DNA of 53,582 bases from a virus (lineage: Duplodnaviria; Caudoviricetes), in IMG/VR virus record IMGVR_UViG_3300044723_010423, positions 1 through 53,582 of that record; one strand, given 5' to 3'. The position numbers and the translations under genes were made by a program. This document shows positions 37,368-47,258 of the stretch, in pieces. The notes under the pieces were generated by a model, which saw nothing but the letters and a program-made list of their open reading frames with translations, searched no databases and was not told the DNA's origin. Every line of letters starts with the position of its first letter. The first letter of the stretch is position 1.

Positions 37368-38926
37368 AATCCGAATCTTGGTTTTACTGCGTTGTAATTA
37401 CTTAATACTTCTGCTGCTGTTAATGCGTTATTATAAACTGATACTTTACCTATTTTCCCATCATAATAATAAGAGCCGGTACCATGTCTGCCTAATACAG
37501 CGTACTCATGAGTTGTAAAAGCAGAGTAAGCTCCTGTATAATCTTGAGTACCGTTGAGGTATCCTGTAACACTAAGCCCATTTATGACTATAGCAGTACA
37601 AAACCATGTTCCAGCTGATGGCAAAGTCGAATGACCTGATGTACTAGTATAGTCACCAATTCGCCAAGTATTTAAACTGTTTTGTGTCCAATAATAAATT
37701 CTATCATTACCATTTTGCCCTGTCGAAAATGGCATCATTGCCCCATAACTATCAGCTTTTAACCATAAAATGATAGTTTTGGTAGTTGATCCATTTATAG
37801 CCTCTTGATTTAATAAAGAAGAAATAGTGATATAATCATTAGTGCCATCAAAATCTAAATAACTATTAGCAACTGGCATAATAACTTCACCGTTTCTATA
37901 ATGAGATACCCCCGTATTGGTTCCATTTACTAATGTACCACTATTACTATTACCCGATCTATCTACCCATCCGTTAGTAGCGGAACGGGGAGAACTGGGT
38001 GGGGTATAAGGAGTAGAATATGATTTACCTACTTCCACTTGTAAATCTGCCATATCAACATAATAAGGTTGACTATCCGCAAGAGGGAAAAAATATTGAT
38101 AAAAATTATAAGTAACACTAGCAGTCCATGTATATGTGATTAATTGCCATTCAGGTGTTAAAGTTCTAGTCGCACTAAAAGCTGAATTTCCACTACCAAA
38201 ATAAGTAGTATACGTAAAGCTTCTGGAGCTTAAATTAGGACTACATCTTGCCCAATAACTTACCATTATAGTATCCCCTTGAGTTACTGGAGTATATACT
38301 CCATATGCCATACCTCCATTAACCCCAACGGTTCTAGTGACATGTATACGCATGCAGTTTGTCCCTTTAACATATCCACCACCCTCAACAATTTCTTTTA
38401 CGTGACATGTATTAGGTAAATGTGCCTGTCCATGCCACATAGTAGGGAAATTTGTTGAATTAATAGATACTCTTGTATCTGTAGCTATACTTTCATGTAC
38501 CTGATGGTAGCCGTCTGACCTAACATAACCTTGACTACCGTCTTGACTACTATTATATGCGTGTATACTAAAAGTTGTATCACTTATTTTTTTAATAAAA
38601 TAATTAGTGTAAGCTGATATTCCACCCCCTGTGGTGTTAGCTTTTACAGCGTCAAAAGTTCTAAACGGGTGATTAGAAGAAGTTGTAACAATATTATTAG
38701 ACACAGAAGAGATTGTACCTATACTAAAATATTGATTACTATTGTATTGATTAGTATTATAAGTTCCCCAAGCGTTAGTAGTAGTAAATCTACTATTACC
38801 GTCTCCGCCACTAGCTAAAGGTATTAAGTTTGTAGTAGGCTCACCAGCATACGACTTAGCATCGTGTGCATCTAAACACAATACTAATCCATCATTAACT
38901 ATTTTTCCGCCGTATCTCTGAGCCAT
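37364..38926 (-). CDS. LamG/ConA-like domain protein
   Basis: Same N- and C-terminal motifs; first gene after the GTGTAATAT motif. Confidence 0.85.
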   Translation of the reverse strand: MAQRYGGKIVNDGLVLCLDAHDAKSYAGEPTTNLIPLASGGDGNSRFTTTNAWGTYNTNQYNSNQYFSIGTISSVSNNIVTTSSNHPFRTFDAVKANTTGGGISAYTNYFIKKISDTTFSIHAYNSSQDGSQGYVRSDGYHQVHESIATDTRVSINSTNFPTMWHGQAHLPNTCHVKEIVEGGGYVKGTNCMRIHVTRTVGVNGGMAYGVYTPVTQGDTIMVSYWARCSPNLSSRSFTYTTYFGSGNSAFSATRTLTPEWQLITYTWTASVTYNFYQYFFPLADSQPYYVDMADLQVEVGKSYSTPYTPPSSPRSATNGWVDRSGNSNSGTLVNGTNTGVSHYRNGEVIMPVANSYLDFDGTNDYITISSLLNQEAINGSTTKTIILWLKADSYGAMMPFSTGQNGNDRIYYWTQNSLNTWRIGDYTSTSGHSTLPSAGTWFCTAIVINGLSVTGYLNGTQDYTGAYSAFTTHEYAVLGRHGTGSYYYDGKIGKVSVYNNALTAAEVLSNYNAVKPRFGL

Positions 38927-38984
38927 ATATTATTATATATTACACTTATTAAGTGTTTTTTTCTAATTTAGTGTATTTATTTTT

Positions 38985-40199
38985 ATGCTCAGGAATATAT
39001 TTAGTGGAGGTAAAAGTTTGTGGCATTATTTTAAATTGGTATGTTCTAAGTGTTATCGCCAGCAAATAAAAAACCAAAAAAACCAACAAAGAAAAACATT
39101 AAGCGAATTAATTTTAAAAGATAACCTTTTAGAGGCTACTTGCTTAATAAGTAAAGCTGATTCTAAAGGAAATATAACCTATGCAAACGATAAATTTTTA
39201 AAAGTAGCAGGCTATACTTTACAGGAGGTTGTAGGTAAAAATCATAATGTTGTAAATTCAGGCTATCATCCTAAAAAAATATGGCAAGATATGTATCAAA
39301 CAGTTATTAAAGAAAAAAAAATATGGCATCACCCTTGCGTTATCAATAGAACTAAAAATGGTTCATTATATTATGTAAAATCGTGGATTCAAGCAGAGTT
39401 TAATTTAGACGGTAAAATAAAAGGTTTTATCAGTGTAAGGCATGATATAACGGATTTAATTCTTCAGCAAAATGAAATAAATAGTAAAAATTCATACCTA
39501 GAGCATGCTGCAAAAATATTACGCCATGATATGCATAGTGGGATAAATACTTACATACCTAGAGGAGTATCTTCTTTAAAAAGAAGGCTGAATGATGAAA
39601 TTATAAATAATTTAAGATTGCAAACGCCTTTAAAAATGATAGAGGAAGGTTTACGTCATACACAAAAGGTTTACAAAGGTGTTTATGAGTTTACTAATTT
39701 AGTAAAACCTGAAGCAATTCTAAATAAAAAGCAATACGATTTGAAGGTTATATTAGATGATTATTTAGTTAGCACAGCTTACAAAGATCAGGTTTTAATA
39801 AATGGTTTACCTAAAATAAAAGTTAATGAATCTTTATTTTGTACTGCTATTGATAACTTGATAAGAAACGGTCTTAAATATAACGATTCTGCTAGTAAAA
39901 AGGTTGAAATATTTTACAGTAAAAGCACTCATGATTTGTTTGTAGAAGACAATGGGAGAGGTTTAAATCAAAAAGATTTTGAAAAATTAATGAGGCCTTA
40001 TATTAGAAAAAAAGATCAAAAAGAAACTGGATCGGGCTTAGGTTTAAATATTTGCGTAGAGATATTAAAACAACATAAATTTAAAGTCTCATGCGAAAAG
40101 TTACCGGAACCATATACAGGCACTAGGTTCAAAATAGATTTAGGAGATATTTCCGATTACAATAAAGATATAGCCGAATCAAAAATGAACAAGGATTAA
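38985..40199 (+). CDS. PAS-domain sensor histidine kinase
   Basis: PAS (ITYANDKF...EVVGKNH), H-box LRHDM, N-box DNLIRNGLKY, EDNGRG, GSGLGL. Confidence 0.92.
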   Translation: MLRNIFSGGKSLWHYFKLVCSKCYRQQIKNQKNQQRKTLSELILKDNLLEATCLISKADSKGNITYANDKFLKVAGYTLQEVVGKNHNVVNSGYHPKKIWQDMYQTVIKEKKIWHHPCVINRTKNGSLYYVKSWIQAEFNLDGKIKGFISVRHDITDLILQQNEINSKNSYLEHAAKILRHDMHSGINTYIPRGVSSLKRRLNDEIINNLRLQTPLKMIEEGLRHTQKVYKGVYEFTNLVKPEAILNKKQYDLKVILDDYLVSTAYKDQVLINGLPKIKVNESLFCTAIDNLIRNGLKYNDSASKKVEIFYSKSTHDLFVEDNGRGLNQKDFEKLMRPYIRKKDQKETGSGLGLNICVEILKQHKFKVSCEKLPEPYTGTRFKIDLGDISDYNKDIAESKMNKD

Positions 40200-40241
40200 T
40201 CTCACCGCTAAAGATTTGGTGTATATTTTACAATAGTAGAT

Positions 40242-40673
40242 ATGATTGAGTCAATATTATTAGTAGATGATGAAAATTTATTTCATTTAGTTTTTGAAGA
40301 CGCATGTAGTCTGCTTGATATTACTTTAAATTTAATGTCTATAGACAATGCTGATGCAGCAGAAAAACATTTTGAATCCTTAGTGAAACAGAATAAAACT
40401 AAACCTGATTGCATTTTTGTTGATCTCAATATTATTGGTAGCAGTTTTGACGGTATAGAACTATGTAGAAGAATTAACTTCGTTCACGGTGATGGGGTTG
40501 TTATAGGTATTATATCAAGCTCTAATGATGAACAGGAGCAAGCTAAAGCTGTAAAAGCTGGGGCTCAATTTTGGATTATCAAATCAGATGAAATTGAACC
40601 TAGATTAGAAGAATTTGTTAAAGATTTCGAGGGGTACAAGGAGCGCACTGCGCCCTTCAAGGTGTATCGATGA
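40242..40673 (+). CDS. Single-domain response regulator (CheY-like)
   Basis: LLVDDE, FVDLNI, DGIEL, ISSS, GAQFWIIKS. Confidence 0.9.
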   Translation: MIESILLVDDENLFHLVFEDACSLLDITLNLMSIDNADAAEKHFESLVKQNKTKPDCIFVDLNIIGSSFDGIELCRRINFVHGDGVVIGIISSSNDEQEQAKAVKAGAQFWIIKSDEIEPRLEEFVKDFEGYKERTAPFKVYR

Positions 40674-41248
40674 TAACATTAAATAATGAAATTGAAAAGC
40701 AATTAATAAACTTAGCCGCCGAAAAAAATGTATTCTTGGAGGGTAATGTTACTAAATTGATAGTCTCTCAACCAAATTCACATTTTGGTGCCTATATTCA
40801 AGATTGTATCAACAGGGATAAAGAAAATCGCAGAAAACGCCTTGAAATAACAAAAACTATTCAGCAGCAAAATAAAGAGCTTACAGAATGGAAATCTCAT
40901 AACGAAAAATTAAATAAAGATCTTAAATTAGCTTTAGAAGATTCTGAAAAAGCAAAACAGACCGCTGAGAATGACCTAGACATCCTTCAAAAGAAAACTC
41001 AGTATGAATTAGTTGGTAGCATAGTAAAAGTCGCATTATGGGTTATTTGTGGGGTAGGAGCAATAACATCAATTCTTTTTGCTATAACTTTATTATTTGG
41101 AATCGAGAATAAAACAGTAGAGTCTTCTTGGAGCAATATGTTTAGCATCTTGCTTACTAATAGCTTTAGTATTGTTGGCACCATCATGGGTGTAAAATAC
41201 GCATCAGATAAAAAGGGGCGCGGACGCAAGTGCGAATGCAAAGACTAA
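40670..41248 (+). CDS. Coiled-coil protein with two TM segments
   Basis: ATGA-coupled to the response regulator; two hydrophobic helices near the C-terminus. Confidence 0.75.
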   Translation: MITLNNEIEKQLINLAAEKNVFLEGNVTKLIVSQPNSHFGAYIQDCINRDKENRRKRLEITKTIQQQNKELTEWKSHNEKLNKDLKLALEDSEKAKQTAENDLDILQKKTQYELVGSIVKVALWVICGVGAITSILFAITLLFGIENKTVESSWSNMFSILLTNSFSIVGTIMGVKYASDKKGRGRKCECKD

Positions 41249-41282
41249 AAAAGCGGCCCCCGCTACGCAGTGACCGCTTTAT
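41248..41282. terminator. Probable terminator between convergent genes
   Basis: AAAGCGG...CCGCTTT stem. Confidence 0.5.
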
Positions 41283-41303
41283 AATTTTGTTACTTATTTC
41301 TAA

Positions 41304-42011
41304 TTAGAAATTCCATCGAACACCAGCAGAAGCAGCTATATCTCCCACAAATTGTTCTGTTGCGAAGTTATAATTGACAACATCAAAATTATTGTCAAAC
41401 CAGCCTACTTGGCCAAAAACTTCTAATTTATCCCAAAGCACTTTTGACGCATCTAGCTTTACACTAGCAGTTTCATAGTCAGTCATCTGACCATATTCAA
41501 CAGAAGGAGTTAAATTAAAAACTCCAAAAACATCAAAACTCTTTTTCAATCCAACAATATAACCTCTTTGAGAATATCCTGCGTTAGCTACGTCTAAATC
41601 GTAAGTACCAACTACATAAGGGGTGATATATTTATTGTTTAAAGAAAGAGTGAGTCTACCTTCTGTAGAGTTTGCTCCTGCTGCGACTTGATGTTGAAAA
41701 ATCTGAGCGTCACCTCTTAAGGAAAAACTCTCAAAAAGATCGATAGCTTTTCCTACCCCAACGTTCGCATGTAATTCGTCAAGCCCTGACCCAGCGTCTA
41801 AAACGACAGCTCCAACGTAAGTGTCGATACCAGAGTACTCAGTACCAATATCAACCCCAGCGAAGGCTTGAGAGCCTGTTTTCGCCAATCCGTTCACGAT
41901 ATAGTTTGAAGTGTACCCAGCATTAACACTAGCTTTGAGTTTTGATTCTCCGTCAGCCATGATACTAGCTGACACAATAATACTTAGTAATGATAGTATG
42001 AATTTATTCAT
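41304..42011 (-). CDS. Outer-membrane beta-barrel protein (TorF-like putative porin)
   Basis: Signal peptide, GYTSNYIVNG, amphipathic strands, C-terminal GVRWNF. Confidence 0.75.
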   Translation of the reverse strand: MNKFILSLLSIIVSASIMADGESKLKASVNAGYTSNYIVNGLAKTGSQAFAGVDIGTEYSGIDTYVGAVVLDAGSGLDELHANVGVGKAIDLFESFSLRGDAQIFQHQVAAGANSTEGRLTLSLNNKYITPYVVGTYDLDVANAGYSQRGYIVGLKKSFDVFGVFNLTPSVEYGQMTDYETASVKLDASKVLWDKLEVFGQVGWFDNNFDVVNYNFATEQFVGDIAASAGVRWNF

Positions 42012-42088
42012 ATGTCACATATATTACACTCATTAATTTTTTTTTCAAGCTTTTATTTGAATAAGAGTTTTTTGTGTAGAATATATAT

Positions 42089-42736
42089 ATGGCGCAATTA
42101 AATGCAAACACCCCTTATATAGAATGTTTTATTAGGAATTCTTATATTTTTGACGATGATGATGAAGGGCTGACTGAAGGTTATATATTCGGAGTTAAGT
42201 CTATGATAAATAGACCTTTACATTTTCATTTTCAGTCTTGTTTAGGGGCTATTTTTTGGCAAATGCCTATATCAGCTTTTGCGAGTAAAGAAAAATACGA
42301 TAAAATTTCAGAAGATGAAGAAAAACGCTTATCTATTTTGCAAACTTGGGATTGTCAGGCTAATAATATCGCTGTTACGACATTTTCGTTTCTACAGAAT
42401 AAAAGAGTTGATGTCTTTTGTCGCGATAAAAAATACAGAAGCGGTAAATATATTTTTACTATTGATGATTATGAAGGGGATCTAAATGAGTTAAATGTAG
42501 GCTATGCAAATGATCAAGATACTAAATGTTATCATTTTATTGATTTAGATGATGGAAACATGTGTGTTCAGCCAAACAATTTGCTAAGATGGCATAATGC
42601 TGATTTTATAAAACCTTATGATAAAAAAAATCCCCCGAAGTTTAAGATCTTTAAAGATCAACTGTCTTCAGAGGATATTGATATGACTTATGCTAAAAGT
42701 CCTTATTTATTATATAATCATTTTTCAGAAGATTAA
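42089..42736 (+). CDS. Phage hypothetical protein
   Basis: LNANTPYI...MPISAF...WDC...FTID...QPNN. Confidence 0.75.
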   Translation: MAQLNANTPYIECFIRNSYIFDDDDEGLTEGYIFGVKSMINRPLHFHFQSCLGAIFWQMPISAFASKEKYDKISEDEEKRLSILQTWDCQANNIAVTTFSFLQNKRVDVFCRDKKYRSGKYIFTIDDYEGDLNELNVGYANDQDTKCYHFIDLDDGNMCVQPNNLLRWHNADFIKPYDKKNPPKFKIFKDQLSSEDIDMTYAKSPYLLYNHFSED

Positions 42737-43107
42737 TCTTCTGGTGGATGAGGCACTGGGTTACCGCTTTCTGGAAAAGGGAAATTCGTATCTACGACAG
42801 GGTGATCAATTTTGCCGGAAACACTAGATTTTAAAGAATACCACCAGTTATTGCCAGAAGCATAAGAATTAGAAATTTCTTCTATATTTCCTGATAAATA
42901 ATCTGCAGTAATAAATGGGCTAAAACCTGTTGACCCATCTACATATTGAGACTCTATGCATTCGCAGCCACAGGAATCTGTTCCGCTATAAGTGCATGTT
43001 AAGCCTATGACTAAAGATGAAATTCCAGTTTTTAAAGAGTTATTCCATTCTGGATCTAATCTAACAAAATTGTAGGTGTAATCGCCTGAGAAATCTTGAT
43101 GTGACAT
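42733..43107 (-). CDS. Hypothetical protein
   Basis: 124-aa ORF downstream of the glycosyltransferase. Confidence 0.6.
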   Translation of the reverse strand: MSHQDFSGDYTYNFVRLDPEWNNSLKTGISSLVIGLTCTYSGTDSCGCECIESQYVDGSTGFSPFITADYLSGNIEEISNSYASGNNWWYSLKSSVSGKIDHPVVDTNFPFPESGNPVPHPPED

Positions 43108-43128
43108 ATATTTATATTATTGAATGTT

Positions 43129-44241
43129 TTAAAGTTTTACACTATTTTTTTGAAAAAAAGAATTATTAAACGATGTGTATTTAAAATTTGTATGTATTTT
43201 TTCAAACCCATGTAAAAGCAAATTAAAATAATTCTCGTATTTATCGCCCATATTTTTAAGTGAAAAGTATTGTTCCGCATATGCCCTGCATAAAGATGGC
43301 TTTAAGTTATTGCATATTTGTGGTGCAAAATAAAATTCACTTGCGCTGCGACATCTTACGCCTGTAACATTTTGTATATTATATTCACTCATACCACCCC
43401 AGTCCGTAGATATCACTGGGGTCCCAGAAAAAAACGCTTCTATCATTGTCCATCCACATGGCTCAGCGTATAAAGAGGGCATCAACAAGGCTTTAGCTTT
43501 TGAAAGAAGTTTTGCCCTTTCTTTATAGCTCACCGTATGGATAAATTCAGAATATGGGCATTGTTTATTTAATTTATTTTTTTGGTTTTGAGGGCCTACA
43601 AATTTTATTTTTGTTTTAGTTGATTGCGCTACTTGTTGCGCTATATGAACTCCTTTACAGTCTACCATGCGCCCTAAATATAAAAAATAATCTTCTTTTT
43701 TATCTGAAAAAATAAAATCTTCTTTCTCAAATCCCGGAGGGATAACGACATCAGAAAAAGTAGGGTTTTTTTCAGTACCTATAATTTTATGTAATTGAGC
43801 ATAAGATTCAAAAACTCTATTCGCTGCAAAGTGAGAATCATAACCTATACTAGCTTCTACGATAATACCTTTTTTTATTTGATCGCAGCAGCTTTTATGA
43901 CCAAAACCCCAAAAAGCTAAAATAAAATCTGTGTCATTTGCATTTTTGTTTATAATTTTAGCAGAATTATTATTAAATTTGCTGTGAGTTTTATTTTGTG
44001 TATTTTGACCGTGCATTTCTTTCCAAGTCTTATCTCCATAATCTTCATTATAAGTTTCGGTATCTATAACATCAAAATGCTTAGCACAAGGAACATTCGA
44101 TTCAGGATGACCGTAGTGATAGACTGTATGGCCTCTTTGCGTCATTTCTTTGCAAAATTTGTATACCTTTTGAACAAAAGCGCACAAAGTTATCTCTTTT
44201 TTAGTGGGGTACATCGGGATTGATAAAACATGAAATACCAT
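43129..44241 (-). CDS. GT-B (family 4-like) glycosyltransferase
   Basis: YLGRMVDCKG, EPCGWTMIEA (Ex7E), GTPVISTDWGG. Confidence 0.88.
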   Translation of the reverse strand: MVFHVLSIPMYPTKKEITLCAFVQKVYKFCKEMTQRGHTVYHYGHPESNVPCAKHFDVIDTETYNEDYGDKTWKEMHGQNTQNKTHSKFNNNSAKIINKNANDTDFILAFWGFGHKSCCDQIKKGIIVEASIGYDSHFAANRVFESYAQLHKIIGTEKNPTFSDVVIPPGFEKEDFIFSDKKEDYFLYLGRMVDCKGVHIAQQVAQSTKTKIKFVGPQNQKNKLNKQCPYSEFIHTVSYKERAKLLSKAKALLMPSLYAEPCGWTMIEAFFSGTPVISTDWGGMSEYNIQNVTGVRCRSASEFYFAPQICNNLKPSLCRAYAEQYFSLKNMGDKYENYFNLLLHGFEKIHTNFKYTSFNNSFFQKNSVKL

Positions 44242-44295
44242 ATATTATAATAATATAGTGTAAAATCTTTATGTCAAGTGTAATATATATAAAGT

Positions 44296-45015
44296 ATGAC
44301 CAAACGTAAAAAGGTGGAGCAAGAGTCCGAGGGTACGGTTCTGGAATTTCAGAATAAATACAAATTGGTATTAAACAAATTTGAATTATCAAAGAAACAA
44401 AAAGAATTTTTAAAAGTCGCTTTTGACAAAAACACTAAGATGATTTTTGTTTTAGGGCCTGCTGGTAGTAGCAAGACTTTTATAGCTACTTATGCAGCGC
44501 TACAATTGTTCAATATGGACAATCTATACGATATTTTTTATGTTAGAACTATAGCTGAAAGTGCAGAAAGAAGTTTAGGGCATTTGCCGGGGGATATGAA
44601 TGAGAAATTTAACCCTTTTGCTATGCCTTTAGAAGAGAAGCTTAAAGAACTAATTAAAGAAGATAGAATTAAAATGTTATTTGATGAGGGCATAGTTAGT
44701 TGTGCTCCTATTAATTATTTGCGTGGAGCAAGCTGGAGGGATAAGATTGTGTTAGCTGATGAAGCTCAAAACTTTACAAAAAAAGAATTGATCACATTAA
44801 TAACTCGTATAGGTGAAAATGCTAAATATTTTATTTGTGGAGATTTGATGCAATCAGATATTAATGGTAAAAGTGGTTTAAATGAAATTGCTAAAAATTT
44901 TGATGACGAAGAGTCTAAAAAGAACGGTATACATGTCTTCAATTTTAACAAAGAAGACATTTTAAGAAGTGAAATACTTAAGTTTATCATAAGTAAACTT
45001 GAAAAACTAAAATAA
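44296..45015 (+). CDS. phoH: PhoH-family ATPase
   Basis: GPAGSSKT, LGHLPG, YLRGAS, DEAQN, TRIG, GDLMQSD. Confidence 0.93.
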   Translation: MTKRKKVEQESEGTVLEFQNKYKLVLNKFELSKKQKEFLKVAFDKNTKMIFVLGPAGSSKTFIATYAALQLFNMDNLYDIFYVRTIAESAERSLGHLPGDMNEKFNPFAMPLEEKLKELIKEDRIKMLFDEGIVSCAPINYLRGASWRDKIVLADEAQNFTKKELITLITRIGENAKYFICGDLMQSDINGKSGLNEIAKNFDDEESKKNGIHVFNFNKEDILRSEILKFIISKLEKLK

Positions 45016-45035
45016 TTAAAAATAATATTAAGAGC

Positions 45036-45413
45036 ATGGCTAGTTTATTTTGTACAGAATGTGGAAGCAAAAGTTTATATACACTCAATAAACCTAAATT
45101 TTGTCAATCCTGTGGTAACCCTATTGGCGCATCAATTTCAAGGGCCAAGGTAAACCCTGTTAAATCTGCGCACTTAGAACCTGAAGAAGAAAACGAATCG
45201 TTTCGCAGCATTTCTAAATTAGATTATAATGTAGATTATGGTAATAATCAGGTTACTTTAGGTGATATTTTAAATAATCCCATGAACCCGAGGGAACTTG
45301 ATTACAGCGAAAAAAAAATTAAAGGTTATAAAAAGTTATCTAAAAAGGCTTTTGAACAAGAGTCTACTGCAGAATGTGGTTCTAGCCGTTCTACTGATAT
45401 TGATGGGGGATAA
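45036..45413 (+). CDS. Zinc-ribbon protein
   Basis: CTECG...FCQSCG. Confidence 0.7.
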   Translation: MASLFCTECGSKSLYTLNKPKFCQSCGNPIGASISRAKVNPVKSAHLEPEEENESFRSISKLDYNVDYGNNQVTLGDILNNPMNPRELDYSEKKIKGYKKLSKKAFEQESTAECGSSRSTDIDGG

Positions 45414-46104
45414 ACAATACACATACGAAGATAAATCGGATATTGTTGATAATGAAATTAGAAAAAGATTTTACAAGTGGCATTTAAATGCCTTAGCTTG
45501 GTTAGATTTTGAAGACGTATCTCAAATGATACGTCTTCATATTTTTAAAAAATGGGAACAATGGGATCAATCTAGACCTATAGAACCATGGATAAATAAA
45601 ATCATCTCTAATCAGATGAAAAATATTCTGCGAAATAATTATTCAAATTTCGCAAGGCCGTGTTTGAGCTGCAAGTATAATCAGTCTTATTCTGAGTCTG
45701 ATCATAGTTTGTGCGGATTTACGCCTAGTGGCATGCAAAATTCTGAGTGCAAAGATTATGCAAAATGGGAAAAAAGCAAAAAAAATGCTTATGATATTAA
45801 AGTTCCAGTACCTTTAGAAAATTCTTCTTACAAAAAAAACTCCAAGTTTTCCGATCATACCTGCGTATTAACTGCAGCAAAAAAATTACATTGCCTAATG
45901 AGAGATTTTTTAAATGATAGACATTACATTATTTATAAAATGTTGTTTATAGATTACTTAGATGAGGAAAAGATCGCTCTCACTTTAGGTTATAAAACTA
46001 CAGAGAAGGGTAGAAAAGCCGGGTATAAGCAAATAAAAAATCTCAAAAACTTTTACAAAAAAATAGCTAAACAGATGTTAGAAAAGAATGATATATTTTT
46101 ATGA
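45403..46104 (+). CDS. Putative phage sigma factor
   Basis: Region-2-like FEDVSQ...WDQSRPIEPWINKIISNQMKN, a Cys-rich insert, C-terminal HTH-like EEKIALTLGY; start moved to MGDKQ. Confidence 0.6.
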   Translation: MGDKQYTYEDKSDIVDNEIRKRFYKWHLNALAWLDFEDVSQMIRLHIFKKWEQWDQSRPIEPWINKIISNQMKNILRNNYSNFARPCLSCKYNQSYSESDHSLCGFTPSGMQNSECKDYAKWEKSKKNAYDIKVPVPLENSSYKKNSKFSDHTCVLTAAKKLHCLMRDFLNDRHYIIYKMLFIDYLDEEKIALTLGYKTTEKGRKAGYKQIKNLKNFYKKIAKQMLEKNDIFL

Positions 46105-47258
46105 ATAACCAGATGGCGTCACATTATCAACTTTCCGAAGAAGAGAAGCAAAGAAGTTTAGATTTATTTAAAAAACATGATGGAAACTTAATAAAAGTTA
46201 TAAGAGAATTGTGGAACAGTCCAGATGAAAAAGGCACAACTAGTAGAGGTAGAGCTATAAGAGAATTTTGGATAGAGCAAGGTTTGAAATATAGAACAAA
46301 AGTAAAAGAAAGAAAACTAAAAACTTCAACTTTGCCACCTCAACCTATAATAAAAACAACAGCTCATTCAGATTATACTGAAAAATCTGATGCTAAACCT
46401 TTTTTATCACTAGAGGAGCAAGAATTTATAAAAAGGCACTATACTCCAGATTTAACAAAAAAAGAAGTTGCTAAAATAATTTGGCCAGAAGAATCTAAGC
46501 GTAGAAAGTTTTTTGAAAGTCAAAAATTCGTTTTAATGTCAGAGTTTATTAATGACGAATTCGATCAAATAAATTTAAGAGATGAGGTTGTGTCAGAAAA
46601 ATATTCTGCTCCAAGAGCTTTAACTACATTAATAAGAAAAATAAATAAAATTGTTATGAAAGAATTTGATGTAGAAAAGTTATCTATGCAAGATCGAAAA
46701 TGCTTAGAAAAACTTTTAACGTATCTTTCTGCGCCAAGGTTTATACAGGTTATAAATTCTTATATAACTAAAGAAGCTAGAGATTTATTTGAAAGCGAAT
46801 ATATTCGTAGTTCTTGGGATAAGCCAGACTTGACAACAGATGAGTTGAATTTGTATATTAATGTTTGTATGGATTATGTTAACCTTAGGGAAATAGAAAT
46901 CCAAAAACAAAAATTGAATCAAATGTTTGACGAGACTGAAGGGCAAAATGATTTGACTATGAGGCTAACAGAAATGTTAAAAACTAAAGCCGAAGAATAT
47001 AATCAATGCACAAACCGTATAGATAAAATGCTTGCTAAGTTAAATGGAGAACGCTCTAAAAGAATCCAAAATCAACATCAACGAAATGCATCAATTATTT
47101 CTTTAGTTCAATTGTTTCAAGATGAGCAAGAAAGAAAATTAATGATTCAAATGGCAGATATGCAAAAGAAAGTCGTTTATGAGGAAGCCGACAGACTGGA
47201 ACAGATGTCGGATTGGAAAGCTAGAGTTTTAGGTATAAGTAAAAATGACGCAATATAA
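46101..47258 (+). CDS. Hypothetical helical/coiled-coil protein of the packaging module
   Basis: 385-aa ORF coupled to both neighbours. Confidence 0.7.
   Translation: MNNQMASHYQLSEEEKQRSLDLFKKHDGNLIKVIRELWNSPDEKGTTSRGRAIREFWIEQGLKYRTKVKERKLKTSTLPPQPIIKTTAHSDYTEKSDAKPFLSLEEQEFIKRHYTPDLTKKEVAKIIWPEESKRRKFFESQKFVLMSEFINDEFDQINLRDEVVSEKYSAPRALTTLIRKINKIVMKEFDVEKLSMQDRKCLEKLLTYLSAPRFIQVINSYITKEARDLFESEYIRSSWDKPDLTTDELNLYINVCMDYVNLREIEIQKQKLNQMFDETEGQNDLTMRLTEMLKTKAEEYNQCTNRIDKMLAKLNGERSKRIQNQHQRNASIISLVQLFQDEQERKLMIQMADMQKKVVYEEADRLEQMSDWKARVLGISKNDAI

Noticed and set aside
30245-38926. Diversity-generating retroelement acting on the LamG genes
   Set aside because: No reverse transcriptase in the window, and the shared blocks do not show adenine-specific variation.
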